64,000 nucleotides of DNA, taken from Octopus vulgaris. Its lineage: Eukaryota. The stretch lies in assembly GCA_951406725.2 (NCBI GenBank), contig OX597817.1:44578001-44642000 (forward strand), given 5' to 3'. Position numbers and translations under genes: made by a program. Positions 52,321-64,000 of this stretch are shown here, piece after piece. The notes under the pieces are model-generated. The model did not search any database and was not told the DNA's origin. It saw only the letters and a list, made by a program, of their open reading frames with translations. Position 1 is the first letter of the stretch. Every line of letters starts with the position of its first letter.

Positions 52321-53869
52321 TTGGAAAGGACCGGAAGGGAAAGGGTGAAGGACAATTTCTTTCTAAGATTGGAGAGTGTAAGAGAAGGAGGTATCTGTGT
52401 GTATGTGTGGGTATGTGTAATAGCATGTTTGTGTTTGTGTGTTTTTGTGTGCATGCGTGTGTGTGTGTGCTCTTTGCATTTTTTAAAAGGAAGTAAATAA
52501 TCTGAAAATCGGCTATAATGATGTAGCCTTTCAGTCTTATTGCTTTGAAGGTTTGACGTTGTAGAGAAAAATATTGGAGAAAACAGTTACAGAGATCTAA
52601 ATTTTAGCCAATTGCGAGACAGAAACTTTTTGCGTTTAGCTGAGTGGTGTCAACTTTAAGGCAGTACCCTGTGAAATTTATAGTTTAGCGTCTGACCTGT
52701 TCATCGTAGGTTTCTAAATAAGCAGAAACACCTAATAAAATCAACATGTATCGTCTTACTGCGTCTTTTGTCTCTTCATTGAGTGTATGTTTTTACCATC
52801 TTAAGAAATTTATTTTATCAATATATTTATCTGCATGTGTTTACTTCATGCGTACTTCAGTATTATGTATGCCTGCCATGTATTTATGCACCTCATTAAT
52901 ATATAATTACATGTGCGTGAAAAGTACATGTCTGTGTGAAAAGTACATGTGTGTGAAAAGTACATGTCTGTCGCCAAAGCTACAAAGTTGAGTAAGGGTT
53001 TCATGCTTGGATTTGTAAACTATGATAAGAATAACACTGGTTAACAAAGATATTATTCCAAAGAAAAAGAATATCTGTATCTTATATATTTTTCATGCAG
53101 AATTCAAAAATAATGTCAAGTTATCTGTATCATCCACAATTTTTCCGTTCCACAATATCCTTCTCAGTTCCTGTAACGTGGACTAAGTTTCAGTTAAGAT
53201 GTTGGAATGTGAAGCTAACGGTTTAAGAAATACTCCTAATTAAATTTTTTAGTGAACTCATAAATCCAGCTATCTGAGTCAGTGAGTTCCCAAAATACAT
53301 GAAATGAAAAATATGTTAAAATACTAACACACAGAAGCACAGAAAAATGTGTAATGTGTAATATACGAACACACAGAAAAATTAAAACAGCAGCACACAC
53401 AACAGTGAACCGCAATACAGCGTGCGGTTGTCATGGTAACAAGCTGCTAATGTCACGCTGTCTGTTGATTGGTTAAAATTGCCCAAATTTTCCAACTTTA
53501 ATTCCAAATAACATCGGATTCTTTAATTTATGAGATAAAGTAATTGGTTGATCGTAGCCAAAATTGAAACCAGATTAAATGAGGCTCATTTTGCGAATGT
53601 GAAAGACTAGATCCTACATGTACTATGTATGTATATGTAGTATGTATGTATCTATATGTAGTATGTATGTATACATATCTTGACTGATAGATAAATAGTT
53701 AAGTGTACAAGTAAGGTAAAAGAGCACATGACTTTTTCGTATGTTTGATATTTATTAATATTCATTCTTTGACTCAGAATGCCATTGAATAATGATTCTC
53801 AAACGTATTGGGACATTACATTAGGCAGTAGAAATCTTTCCATTATTTTATGGTATGGTATTGTGTAAG

Positions 53870-54075
53870 GTGGTTGAGTCGTTAACATGCCAGACATAAT
53901 ACTCAGCAGTATTTCTACTTGCTCTTTACTTCCAGTGTTCAAATTCCTGCGAGATCAATTTGCTGTTTATACAATCGGAGATGATAAAATAAGTACCTTG
54001 CTGAGCAATGGGGTCGAGGTAATCCAGGATTCTCGTCCCATCAAAACTGCTGGTTTTGTGTCAAAATTTCAAACA
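53870..54075 (+). mobile_element. Highly degenerate family B SINE
   Basis: GTTCAAATTCC...GATAAAATAAGTACC...GGGGTCGAGGTAATC. Confidence 0.5.
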
Positions 54076-55985
54076 GTTACTTTAAATGCTATTTTTCTCC
54101 CCTTCATTCAAGCCAACGTATTGTATCTAACTGACTATACATATATCTATCCATCCATCTACCCATCCATACATTTCTCAATTCATCTGTCTTTCTGTGT
54201 GTCTGTCTATATAATATCTCTATCAGTTAATCTATCTTTGTATCTTTTTCTCTCTCTTTCTCTACTTACATCCCTCCCTATACCTACCTACCTACCTACC
54301 TACCTACCTACCTACCTACCTTTTCATCTTAAAAGCTTTTCCTTTTCAGTTTAAAAGCTTTGAAGTTTTACCGCTACATATCAATTTTTAACATTCGTGT
54401 TTCTATGAGGGCGATGAAATTTCCAATTATGCACCTTGGCTATTTATCATGGAAAAAAGTCTACGATGAAATCTCTAGGTGGTTGCTTGAGCTGCTAGAA
54501 ATAGGAGCCGCACATTTTCAAAATTTAGACAATACATTATCTTGAAAAAAAGGGAAAAAAACTGAAAAAAAAAATAATTGCGAAGCAGAGTTGATCATAG
54601 ATCTGTCTCATCACAATGGATTTGCGATTTAATGGCAATAACAACCACAATAAAATAGTTTGTTTATAGTTTTTTTTTATTACATTTTTATGCTAAACTC
54701 AGCTATTATGTGCAGATGCATCATCGTCTGTTGATTGATAAGTTTCGTATAAGAATAATGACTAATATATTCAATTAGTGATAGATTACTGAATAGAACA
54801 ACTGAGATTAGACATAATGATATTGAAAACATTTTCAGGAGTGTCACCTGTATGAATAACGTAGTTAATTGCGAGTTAGCACTTAATGATATAAGCCAAA
54901 ATGAAAGTTTTATATCTCCAGAAATTGCACTCGCAAACAAATTCATTTGTTTTTGTTCTAATGACAATTCCTTTCAAAAGGAGCAAGGGTGAGAGCTTCG
55001 ACGTTTCATTTGCCTTGCAGTTAAATGGTGATATGCAGAAAGGGAAAATTTAATATATGATGAATATATAGTGAAACCTCCAACATGTCATCAATTTATA
55101 GCCTAACATAAAGCTGCTAGGTGCAGCGAACAACATTAAGAGTGCATTGTTCTGTTGTGAAAATTAGATAGTTATGCTTCCCTGGCAAGTTGAGATGTAC
55201 TTTAGCGTATTCATTACACAGGTTTCATTTCGATATATATATATGTATATATATAATAAAAGAGACACAAAGAAACTTGATAATATATTAATATTTCTAT
55301 TGCAGATTTCTATAATGCACTAAGCCGGAGCTTAATACAGGTTTTGTGGCATTAAGCGGTTGAGAGATAAAGCAGACACATTTGAATAGAAAGTCTGTCA
55401 GTTGCAAGTTGCAATTTTCTGAGATAAAAGTAATGCAAAAATAAAAACAAAAAAAGACCCAACAAAACAAAAGAAAAAACAAACCAACAAACTAACAAAA
55501 AATTTTTTATGAATGAGCGAGCTTCTACCTTGTCCCTAATTTACTAAAAACAGAATCTAAACCACCTTCAAAACATATCCATATTTTTAATAAGTGGCTT
55601 CTTGAAAATATGTCTATGCATTATCTGAAGAAGTCTATACTGATGGCGGATATTAAAATGCAGCGGTTATAATTGGGATACCTGTAAATAAATAGTCTGA
55701 TTCATAAACACTGACCTGAGGTTGAGCAAAAGAAAAGAAAGAACAACAAAAGAAAAACAATACCAAGACTGTTGCAGCTTATGTAGATAGAAACAATATA
55801 GTTTTACCATTCCTATAAGTAGTATCTTTGAGATTTAAAAACAAAAAAAAAACAAATGTTTAAATCCTATATTTTTTGTACGTGCCAAGCAAGCCCCCTC
55901 CAAAAATTGAACTCTCTAAGCATTACTGTTCATTGCACCAGGTCAGTTTAATATGCATTTCCTTGTCCTTATATTTACCCCAGTT

Positions 55986-56393
55986 AGAAGGCGGCGAGCT
56001 GGCAGAGCGTTAGCACGCCGGGCAAAATACTTAGCAGTATTTCGTCTGCCGCTACGTTCTGAGTTCAAATTCCGCCGAGGTCGACTTTGCCTTTCCTCCT
56101 TTCGGGGTCGATTAAATAAGTACCAGTTACGCACTGGGATCGATATAATCGACTTAATCCGTTTGTCTGTCCTCTCTGAGTTTAGCCCCTTGTGGGTTGC
56201 AAAGAAATAGGTATTTCGTCTGCCGCTACGTTCTGAGTTCAAATTCCGCCGAGGTCGACTTTGCTCTTCACCCTTTCGGGGTCGATAAATTAAGTACCAG
56301 TTACGCACTGGGGTCGATGTAATCGATTTAATCCCTTTGTCTGTCCTTGTTTGTCTACTCTATGTTTAGCCCCTTCTGGGGAGCAAAGAAATA
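55986..56393 (+). mobile_element. Dimeric family B SINE with 16-bp TSD
   Basis: TATATTTACCCCAGTT at 55970-55985 and 56394-56409 brackets both units. Confidence 0.92.
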
Positions 56394-56409
56394 TATATTT
56401 ACCCCAGTT

Positions 56410-56680
56410 CGTCTCTGTATGTGAAGCAAGGTCTTTCTCTCGATCTCTTGGAACGAGAAGACTGCCATAACAATAACTGGTGTCCTACGGCGTCCTTACC
56501 GTCAACAATAACCACCGTACCTTATCTCTGTTGTTGCTAGCAAGGTAGATTACTCTACAGTTCAGCATTGATTTCATGTCGTCTGTGGCTTGCTGGGTCT
56601 TTTTCGCAGTAATCCAACTTCTTTTGCGGTGGATGCTTTGTTAGAAGCCTTCTTTCAATCCCGTTCATCAGTGAGGCTTC
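56410..56680 (-). pseudogene. RTE-type LINE 3' relic
   Basis: Minus translation QLLLWQSSRSKRSRERPCFTYRD resembles the LxLWxPxxGKRxRGRP C-terminus of RTE ORFs. Confidence 0.5.
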
Positions 56681-57059
56681 TGTTTTTTTTTTTGAAGAAA
56701 CCAGACAACATATAAACCGCCAAATTTCAGGTCAAGTATCGGCTCACTCAAAAATCATCTAATTGAAAGTACAAGCATACACCACAACATAACATTCGAC
56801 TGTTTACCAATAAAATACAATTATTTATCGCCCTATTTTAAAGATATATTTGACATAATTAAATTATATCCTTGTCAAAAACTTCAGCTTTTCAGGCACT
56901 TGGTCCCGCCTGCGTCACTCTAATAGTTGTTTGATTAATCTCTCTCCCCACCTCTCTCTCTCTCCACACGCATAGACAACGCAGACACGCACACACAGAT
57001 ATATACATATACATAATACATACATACACATATATATGTATGTATGTATATATATATAC

Positions 57060-57107
<48 letters not shown>

Positions 57108-57113
57108 ATATAT

Positions 57114-57410
57114 GGAGGCACAATGGCCCAGTGGTTAGGGCAGCGGACTCGCGGTCGGAGGATCGCGGTTTCGATTCCCAGATCGGGCGTTGTGTTTGTT
57201 TACTGAGCGATAACATCTAAAAGTTCCACGAGGCTCCGGCAGGGGGTGGTGACGACCTCTGTTGTACTCTTTCGCCACAACTTTCTCTCACACTCTCTTT
57301 CTGTTTCTTGAGTAACGCTGCAACGGGCTGGCCTGTCGTCCAGCTTGGGGGAACACATACGCCAGAAAAACCTATGAGTCTGGCTAGGCTTGAAAAGGGA
57401 GACGTTTATC

Positions 57411-57412
<2 letters not shown>
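57114..57412 (+). mobile_element. SINE family D
   Basis: GGAGGCACAATGGCCCAGTGGTTAGGGCAGCGGACTCGCGG head; tail CTGGCTAGGCTTGAAAAGGG. Confidence 0.88.
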
Positions 57413-57450
<38 letters not shown>

Positions 57451-57618
57451 CATGAAACAAAATTCAGGAGGTGTGAGGGGAGAATATATTTATTCAACCA
57501 CTTGACATCCTTAAGGTCACGTCCGTTTCACAACCTTCTTCGTATAGTAATAAATTGAGTGTTGAAGAAATTATACTTACACACGCACACATCTATACGC
57601 ACGTACAGACATGTCCAC

Positions 57619-57650
<32 letters not shown>

Positions 57651-58069
57651 GAACACGCGCTTGCTTGCACACACACCTACACACATACTCATACATATAT
57701 AAGACATGTTCAATATTTTGTATTTCCACGAATAATTTGAAAGCCATTGACCTTTGTCTTCATTTTTTAATACTCCTCTCCCCACCAGCGATGCAACCGC
57801 AGCGGTATGGTTTACCCCACAACCATGTACATATCTTCATACATCTACGCATGTACATCTGTATCTACATATACAAATTATTGGTGGGAGGCACCAACTT
57901 CAAGACACTACCTCATATGTCGGTAATTCGCTGCCAATATGATATTGGCCTTCAAGTTTTATTAGGTTGAATTAATGGTGCAAATTCCTGATGCACAATT
58001 TTCCTTCATGCACCGTTTAACATCTTAATACATACATTAAATTAATATCATATTCATCAACGATACATC

Positions 58070-58430
58070 CGTATAGCTGTGCAGTAGGACGTTTGCTTCC
58101 CAAGTACATGCATCCGGTTTCCGTTCCACTGCGGGGAGACTTGGGGCAAGTGTCTTCTACTAGAATCTCGGTCCCACTAAAACCCTGTGAGTAGATTTGG
58201 TAGATGGAAACTGAAGGAATGTGTGTGTGTGACTTTGTGTCTGTCTGTCCCCCACAACCGATGATGGTGTGTTTACATCCTGTAAATGAGTGGTTCGCCA
58301 AAAGTGATCGATACTTTAAGTACCACGCATAAAATAAAGTACTGGAGTTGATTCGTCCAAGTAAAATTCTTCAAGGTGATGCCCCAGCATGGCCGCAGTC
58401 TAATGGCTGAAACAAGTAAAAAATAAAAAT
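58070..58430 (+). mobile_element. Older family C SINE copy
   Basis: TTGGGGCAAGTGTCTTCTACTAG core; CCCCAGCATGGCCGCAGTCTAATGGCTGAAACAAGTAAAA tail. Confidence 0.78.
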
Positions 58431-58814
58431 AAAAAAGTATATTGAAATAAAGCATCGTTTCTCAGACCGAGAAATTTTTGAGCTGTCAGTGTAGAATACT
58501 GAGCAATTTTTTATAAACTAAAGCTTATACAACACACAACATTCGTCGTCGAAAACAGACTTTGATGTCTCTGACTCAGAGGCATTGATGTAAAACAGCG
58601 AGGAGCCGACGTCTCGAACGACCTCGAATAACCTAGCCTCGGGATGAAACAGAAACGATGGACTTGGATGCACCGAAGGTCTCCTTTCATCCTAATATAC
58701 TTATTAATGATAATTAGAAAACACCATATTTCCGGAGAGAAAGAGAGTCTTTAATTTTGACAATGATGCGACTAATCAATCTCTTATACTTATTGAGACT
58801 GAAAGAAAGACAAT

Positions 58815-59234
58815 ATATATTTCTTTACTACCCACAAGGGGCAAAACATAGAGGGGAGAAACAAGGACAGACAAAGGGATTAAGTCGATTAAATCGACCC
58901 CAGTGCGAAACTGGTACTTTATTTATCGACCCCGAAAGGATGAAAGGTAAAGTCGACCTCGGCGGAATTTGAACTCAGAATGTAACGACAGACAAAATAC
59001 TTATTTCTTTACTACCCACAAGGGGCTAAACACAGAGGGGACAAACAAGGAAAGACAAACGGATTAAGTCGATTATATCGACCCCAGTGCGTAACTGGTA
59101 CTTATTTAATCGACCCCGAAAGGATGAAAGGCAAAGTGATCCTTGGCGGAATTTGAACTCAGAACGTAGCGGCAGACGAAATATCGCTTAGCATTTTGCC
59201 TGGCGTGCTAGCGTTTCTGCCAGCTCGCCACCTT
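58815..59234 (-). mobile_element. Dimeric family B SINE with 12-bp TSD
   Basis: AAGAAAGACAAT at 58803-58814 and 59235-59246. Confidence 0.9.
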
Positions 59235-60043
59235 AAGAAAGACAATCTTATATTCACACAATGATACTCACGTATAAAAATGGGCGAATTAAAGAAAGAT
59301 GCGCCGTAGCGAAGCAGATAAACTGTGAACCCAAAAGACTTCTTTAATTTCAAGTCTTGAAATAGAAAATAGGAAAAAATGAATGCCCAGGTGAGTAATA
59401 TACGATCAACAGCTCCCAGTATTTGTCATATAAATAAATACATAAATGAATAAATAAAATAAAGAAAAAGGAAAAAGTTGTATGAATGGCTCTTCTCACG
59501 ATGTAGGAAAACGACACAAATTGAATATCGTATTATATTATGCTAATCAACCATTTCTAAGAGCGATGCAATTCATTTGCGTAAACAGCAGCATAAAATA
59601 TCCCAAGTGGCAACTTGTCAGAGACGTACTCCAGTTTCAGAACTGGGTAATCATTTAAATCATATAAATCTCTAAAAAAAAAATAATAAAAAAAAAACCG
59701 AGTTGTTAAACCTTTCTAACCTCTGGAAAATGCCCTACAGCTTTTAGAATTAACAAATACTTAGTAAGAAACGATAGTGCAATGTGCAAAAAAAAAAAAA
59801 GAATAGCGTTGAGTGTCTTACAACATATACAGTTATTACTGTTGCTTACAACACACATTTCGAATATTTCGGAGAGAATTATAAGCATGATAGGCTGTCT
59901 AATTACGAAGGTCACTTTACAGCTACTAGCCTTTACCAAGTGAAGCACCAAAAAGATCAATCTGGAATGCATATTCTGTAATAAAGTAGAGAAAACAATT
60001 CTCTCTCCTCTTCACCAAATTTAAAAGTTTTAAATTATCTGTA

Positions 60044-60769
60044 GGATCTTTTCCTTTTGTACGGCAGTTTTCAATGCAATTTCTAGTTAACTAAATACTT
60101 TTAAAGTTCGTGTACTGGTAGAACGTGTCAAAATAAAACATTTTTTTTCTCTTGGCTTTCTTAAGAAAATTGTAATTTGTAAGTTTAACGTAGTTTAATT
60201 TTTCAAATTTTTACCAATCCTATGCCCTCTATTGAGCTAAAATCATTTGCTGCGTCTAAAACTGAGGCAACATCCTGTCTCTGTTATGTTTACGTACGGA
60301 AAGCGTGAGTATAAAATTATAGAATTATTTTGTTTGTAAATTGTTTAAATTATTTTCCATTGCTTTCGTTTTAGCCTTTCGTTTTTTTTTCTTAAGCAAT
60401 GGAAAATAGTTTAAACAATACACGCGTATCTCAAAACAAAAACAAAACGAATAATTTTAGACACACGCGTAACAATTAAATTAATTTAGCAATTAAGAAA
60501 AAAAACGAAAGTCTAAATTTTAGGGTTAGGGTCAGTGACAGGATGTTGTCTCAGTTTTAGACGCAGCAAATGATTTTAGCTCAATAGAAGCCATTGATTG
60601 ATTAAAATTCGAAAAATTAAACTACGCTAAACTTACAAATTACAATTTTCTCTAGAAAGCCAAGAGAAAAAATGTTTTATTTTGACACATTCTACCAGTA
60701 TGCGAAGTTTAATAGTGTTTAGTTAGCTAGAAATTGTGTTGAAAACTGCTGTTCAAAAGGAAAAGATCC
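60044..60769. mobile_element. Non-autonomous long-TIR DNA transposon (MITE), Merlin- or MULE-like
   Basis: TIRs of about 235 bp (60044-60279 and 60537-60769) with GG...CC ends; 8-bp flanks TATCTGTA / CATCTGTA; no ORF. Confidence 0.88.
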
Positions 60770-60944
60770 CATCTGTATTTTATTTCATACGGCAGTTTGT
60801 CCGCCATTCCAAGCGGAGTTCTGCTTCCCTTATGAGAAACAGTGATTTAATGAAAATCCGGCTGCTGTTTCTACCTCGATGAGTGAATGCACAAAGTTTT
60901 TTCTAATTAAAGAACCTATAATATGCTCAGTTATTTGTATATAC

Positions 60945-61322
60945 TTTTCTACTCTAGGCACAAGCCCCGAAATTTTTGGGGAAGGGGCCAGTCGATTAGA
61001 TCAGCCCCGGTGCGTAACTGGTACTTAATTTATCGACTCCGAAAGGATGAAAGGCAAAGTCGACTTCGGCGGAATTTGAACTCAGAACGTAGCGGGAGAC
61101 GAAATACCTATTTCTTTACTACCCACACGGGGTTACACACAGAGGGGACAAACAAGGACAGACAAACGGATTAAATCGATTATATAGACCCCAGTGCGTA
61201 ACTGGTACTTTATTTATTGACCACGAAAGGATGAAAGGCAAAGTCGACCTCGGCGGAATTTGAACTCAGAACGTAGCGGCAGACGAAATACTGCTAAGCT
61301 TTTAGTCCGATGTGCTAACGTT
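60945..61322 (-). mobile_element. Dimeric family B SINE (alternative final tail)
   Basis: Two GAAAGGATGAAAGGCAAAGTCGAC units; the last unit ends in the CCCCAAAAATTTCGGGGCTTGTGCCTAGAGTAGAAAAG tail also seen at about 33740-33777. Confidence 0.85.
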
Positions 61323-61339
61323 TTAAATTTTTCTATTAC

Positions 61340-62515
61340 TCACTACGGGGTGGACATAGAAGGGGCAATACACAACATGTGGGGACATACAGACAGAGAA
61401 AAAATGTGAACAAACGTATGGAAAAATGACATGGAAAGTGAAATGAAAAATGAAATGAAGCCACTCTGCTCCACTTCGTAGCGGCTTCATTTATACCTAG
61501 AATATCGATTTCAAATTCTTCCACCACTTCCTCGTATGTCATATACTGTGGTAATACGTCCCAATCCATCTTCACCTCCCAACACCTATGTCCGCTTTTA
61601 AATCCTATTATTTTTTCTTTCTGTTCATCCCAGCACAACACGCAATAGTACCATCCCTTTATGTTGTCAAAACTCGTTGTTCAAGTCTTCCCAAGATAAC
61701 ACTTCTTTACGCAGTCTGTCATTTGAGTCATATAATACTGCGTGGCATCTTTTTTTGTTTGTCTGGATGACGGGAGTTTGGGAGTTCTTGTCTGTTTGTA
61801 CATTTTTCTGTGTCAGAGGGGGATGGGCAAGTTTGGTGTCTGTAGGGGAAGGGTGGGTCGAAGAAGATGTGGGTGGGTGTTGGGTGGTTATGGGGTTACT
61901 TTTTTCTTTTTCTTTGTTCCTTTTCCCTATTGTTTCCTATTCGTTGTCTATTTCTTTCTTCTCTACTTCTGTTGATTTTTTTTCTTCCTTTTTCTTTTCT
62001 TGCTCTTTCTGAGGCTCTTCCTCTTGCATTTCCGTCTTTTTGGTCGATGAAGGGCAGTCCACTCTGATGTGGCCTTTGAGGCCACATTTAAAGCATCGAG
62101 GGATTCTGCCCTCCACCATTACCCTCATTATCACGTCGTCCATAATTATTGTTTCTGTAATGTTTTCTAGGTTTCAGTTGAAGCTTGAATAATCATGTCC
62201 AGTATCTGTCCCTTCCATATAACACGTTGCGTTTTTGTGGTCTGGAGAACCCAGAAGGACAGCGGCTGCTATCCAGGCTACATCTATGTCTGATGGATTT
62301 CCATCCACCCTAACTCTGGTCGCACGTTGTCCACGGTAAGTAGGCATAAGCACAACTTCCTCAATATTATGGTAGTCGCTGCGTTCTTTTTTGCTGTTGC
62401 CACGTCCTTGAATCTCACCTACACTACTCCAAACTTAATAGCTCTCGCAAGGTACACAATTTCATCCCAAATCGGCCCTACCGCCTTCTCCACTTGACTC
62501 GTGGTCATGACGTCA
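61340..62515 (-). pseudogene. Non-LTR (Tx1/L1-like) ORF1 relic with CCHC zinc knuckle
   Basis: VMVEGRIPRCFKCGLKGHIRVDCP followed by a K/E-rich stretch (61937..62143); upstream KFGVVxVRFKDVATAKK; no RT or endonuclease seen. Confidence 0.65.
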
Positions 62516-62525
62516 ATTTATATAT

Positions 62526-62707
62526 ATATATAATTTTTAAAGCGGACAACAAATGTTAAGGCAAGGCAAACATCTCAAGTCGTATACAATATTATTATTG
62601 GAAATATTTTTTTCCAATAATAAAATTTTTTCCAATAATAATATTATATACGACTTGAGATGTTTGCCTTGCCTTAATGTCTGTTGTCCTCTTTAAAAAT
62701 TATATAT
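62526..62707. repeat. Hairpin with arms of about 80 bp
   Basis: AAGGCAAGGCAAACATCTCAAGTCGTATA vs TATACGACTTGAGATGTTTGCCTTGCCTT. Confidence 0.9.
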
Positions 62708-62839
62708 CCGCTGCATCGGAAATCTGCAATGGCTCCATGACTACCGCCTCGTCTATAACCTTGGTGCTGTTACAGCACTCAGCTAGCGTACCTAATCGTT
62801 TAGAACACCTGTGAACTAAATCTCCGCACACACACACAC

Positions 62840-62869
<30 letters not shown>

Positions 62870-62873
<4 letters not shown>

Positions 62874-63035
62874 CACGACAGGCTTCTTTCAGTTTCCGTC
62901 TACCAAATCCACTCACAAGGCTTTCGTCGGGCCCAGGCTATAGTAGAAGACAGCTGCCCAAGGTGCTGCGTAGTGGGACTGAACCCGGAGGCATGTGATT
63001 GGGAAACAAGCTTCTTACAATAAGCCACTCCTGCG
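62870..63035 (-). mobile_element. SINE family C 5' half
   Basis: CTTTCAGTTTCCGTCTACCAAATCCACTCACAAGGC...GGGACTGAACCCGG...AGCCACTCCT. Confidence 0.85.
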
Positions 63036-64000
63036 CTTGTATATATATACACACATAAACACACACACACGCGCGCACACATACACATACACACACACAC
63101 ACATATATAGATATATATACATATATACATATACATGTGCCTGTGTGCGGACGTATGCGTGTGTGTACGTATGTAGGTATATATAAATATTATATATGTA
63201 TGTATGTATGTATATATATATATATATGCGTATATGTGTGTATTTGTGTATATGTGTGTGTGTGTGTACGTGTGTGTGTTAACCTACATTCATAGTTCTC
63301 TGCAAAGAAGATATATATTCATACAAGCATATAATCAGTTGCTCACATTCATCTCGACACAGATGTAAAGGCATCGACATCCTGTTAGGTTACGCTCTTA
63401 TGATAACTCATTCCAATCGGTTACGGATGAATATTTAGATATTCACCATTTGATAACAGTATAAAAATCATTTCGTCAATATTCTGCTCATTTGTAACTT
63501 CTTTTTCCTGTCTATCTCTCTCTCTCTCTATTTCCTTCAACTATTTTCAAACCTAAGCCACCGTCTCTACTAGCTATCGCTGCTACCTACTTAGAGTAAC
63601 CTACAAGCAACTCCACCTGAAAGACAGAAGCTTTGATAGCCAATATAATGAATATATAAATGCACAAGAATATATATATATATTTTTTTATCTGTCACAC
63701 GTTCTTAGAGCTGCGTTCTAAATTATTACAGCGTTAACCGCAGCCATCATATAGCAATATGAGAATAACTATAGAAATGAACACAATAAAGACTACAGCC
63801 ACCACGACAATCACGAACACACAACTGCTATTTCAATATCAGGAGACTGTTTCTCTAAAATAGCTACATCCCATTACAATTATAAGGATCAGTATTTTAA
63901 TGGCTGCCAATCTCAATCCACGACAAAGAAGCAGTAAAAACTCCAGATATCCAGACATCATTACGACCCGCATCAGAATCATCAACAATGGGAACACTAA

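Noticed and set aside
53080-53600. Possible MITE containing an RFX X-box-like GTTGTCATGGTAAC
   Set aside because: I could not define TIRs or a TSD, and a single motif is not enough to call a regulatory site
57505-57545. Minus-strand ACGAAGA...GAAACGGACGT next to a TA tract
   Set aside because: Core is incomplete and stems are absent; cannot be supported

Overview
AT-rich, repeat-dominated animal DNA. The mix of tRNA-headed SINE families and very long (TA)n/(TCTA)n/(CA)n tracts points to an octopus or other coleoid cephalopod intron or intergenic region (inference). I found no host protein-coding exon I can support; most listed ORFs are microsatellite translations. Recognisable elements are: a nearly full-length but decayed Penelope-like retroelement (PLE) of Naiad type with RT and GIY-YIG (about 4.35-7.4 kb); two further PLE RT relics (about 46.4-46.8 kb and 48.36-48.67 kb); a near-intact IR-DR Tc1 DD34E transposon (10733-12361); a mariner relic; an internally deleted Ty3/gypsy relic; R4/Dong, RTE and zinc-knuckle ORF1 LINE relics; a non-autonomous Helitron; a long-TIR MITE; and about 30 SINE copies from about 5 modular families. 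The most striking signal is not in the ORF track. There are about a dozen type-I hammerhead ribozyme (HHR) motifs from at least 7-8 different short-repeat families, five with an intact catalytic core. Most sit in 100-600 bp islands inside or beside (TA)n tracts, each family has its own palindromic or near-palindromic stem III, and several have unusually long stem II insertions. One HHR island (about 31.0-31.4 kb) is a solo copy of the pseudo-LTR of the Naiad-like PLE at 4.4 kb, which ties the ribozyme islands to PLE mobilisation. Several fold-back (inverted) duplications also recur.
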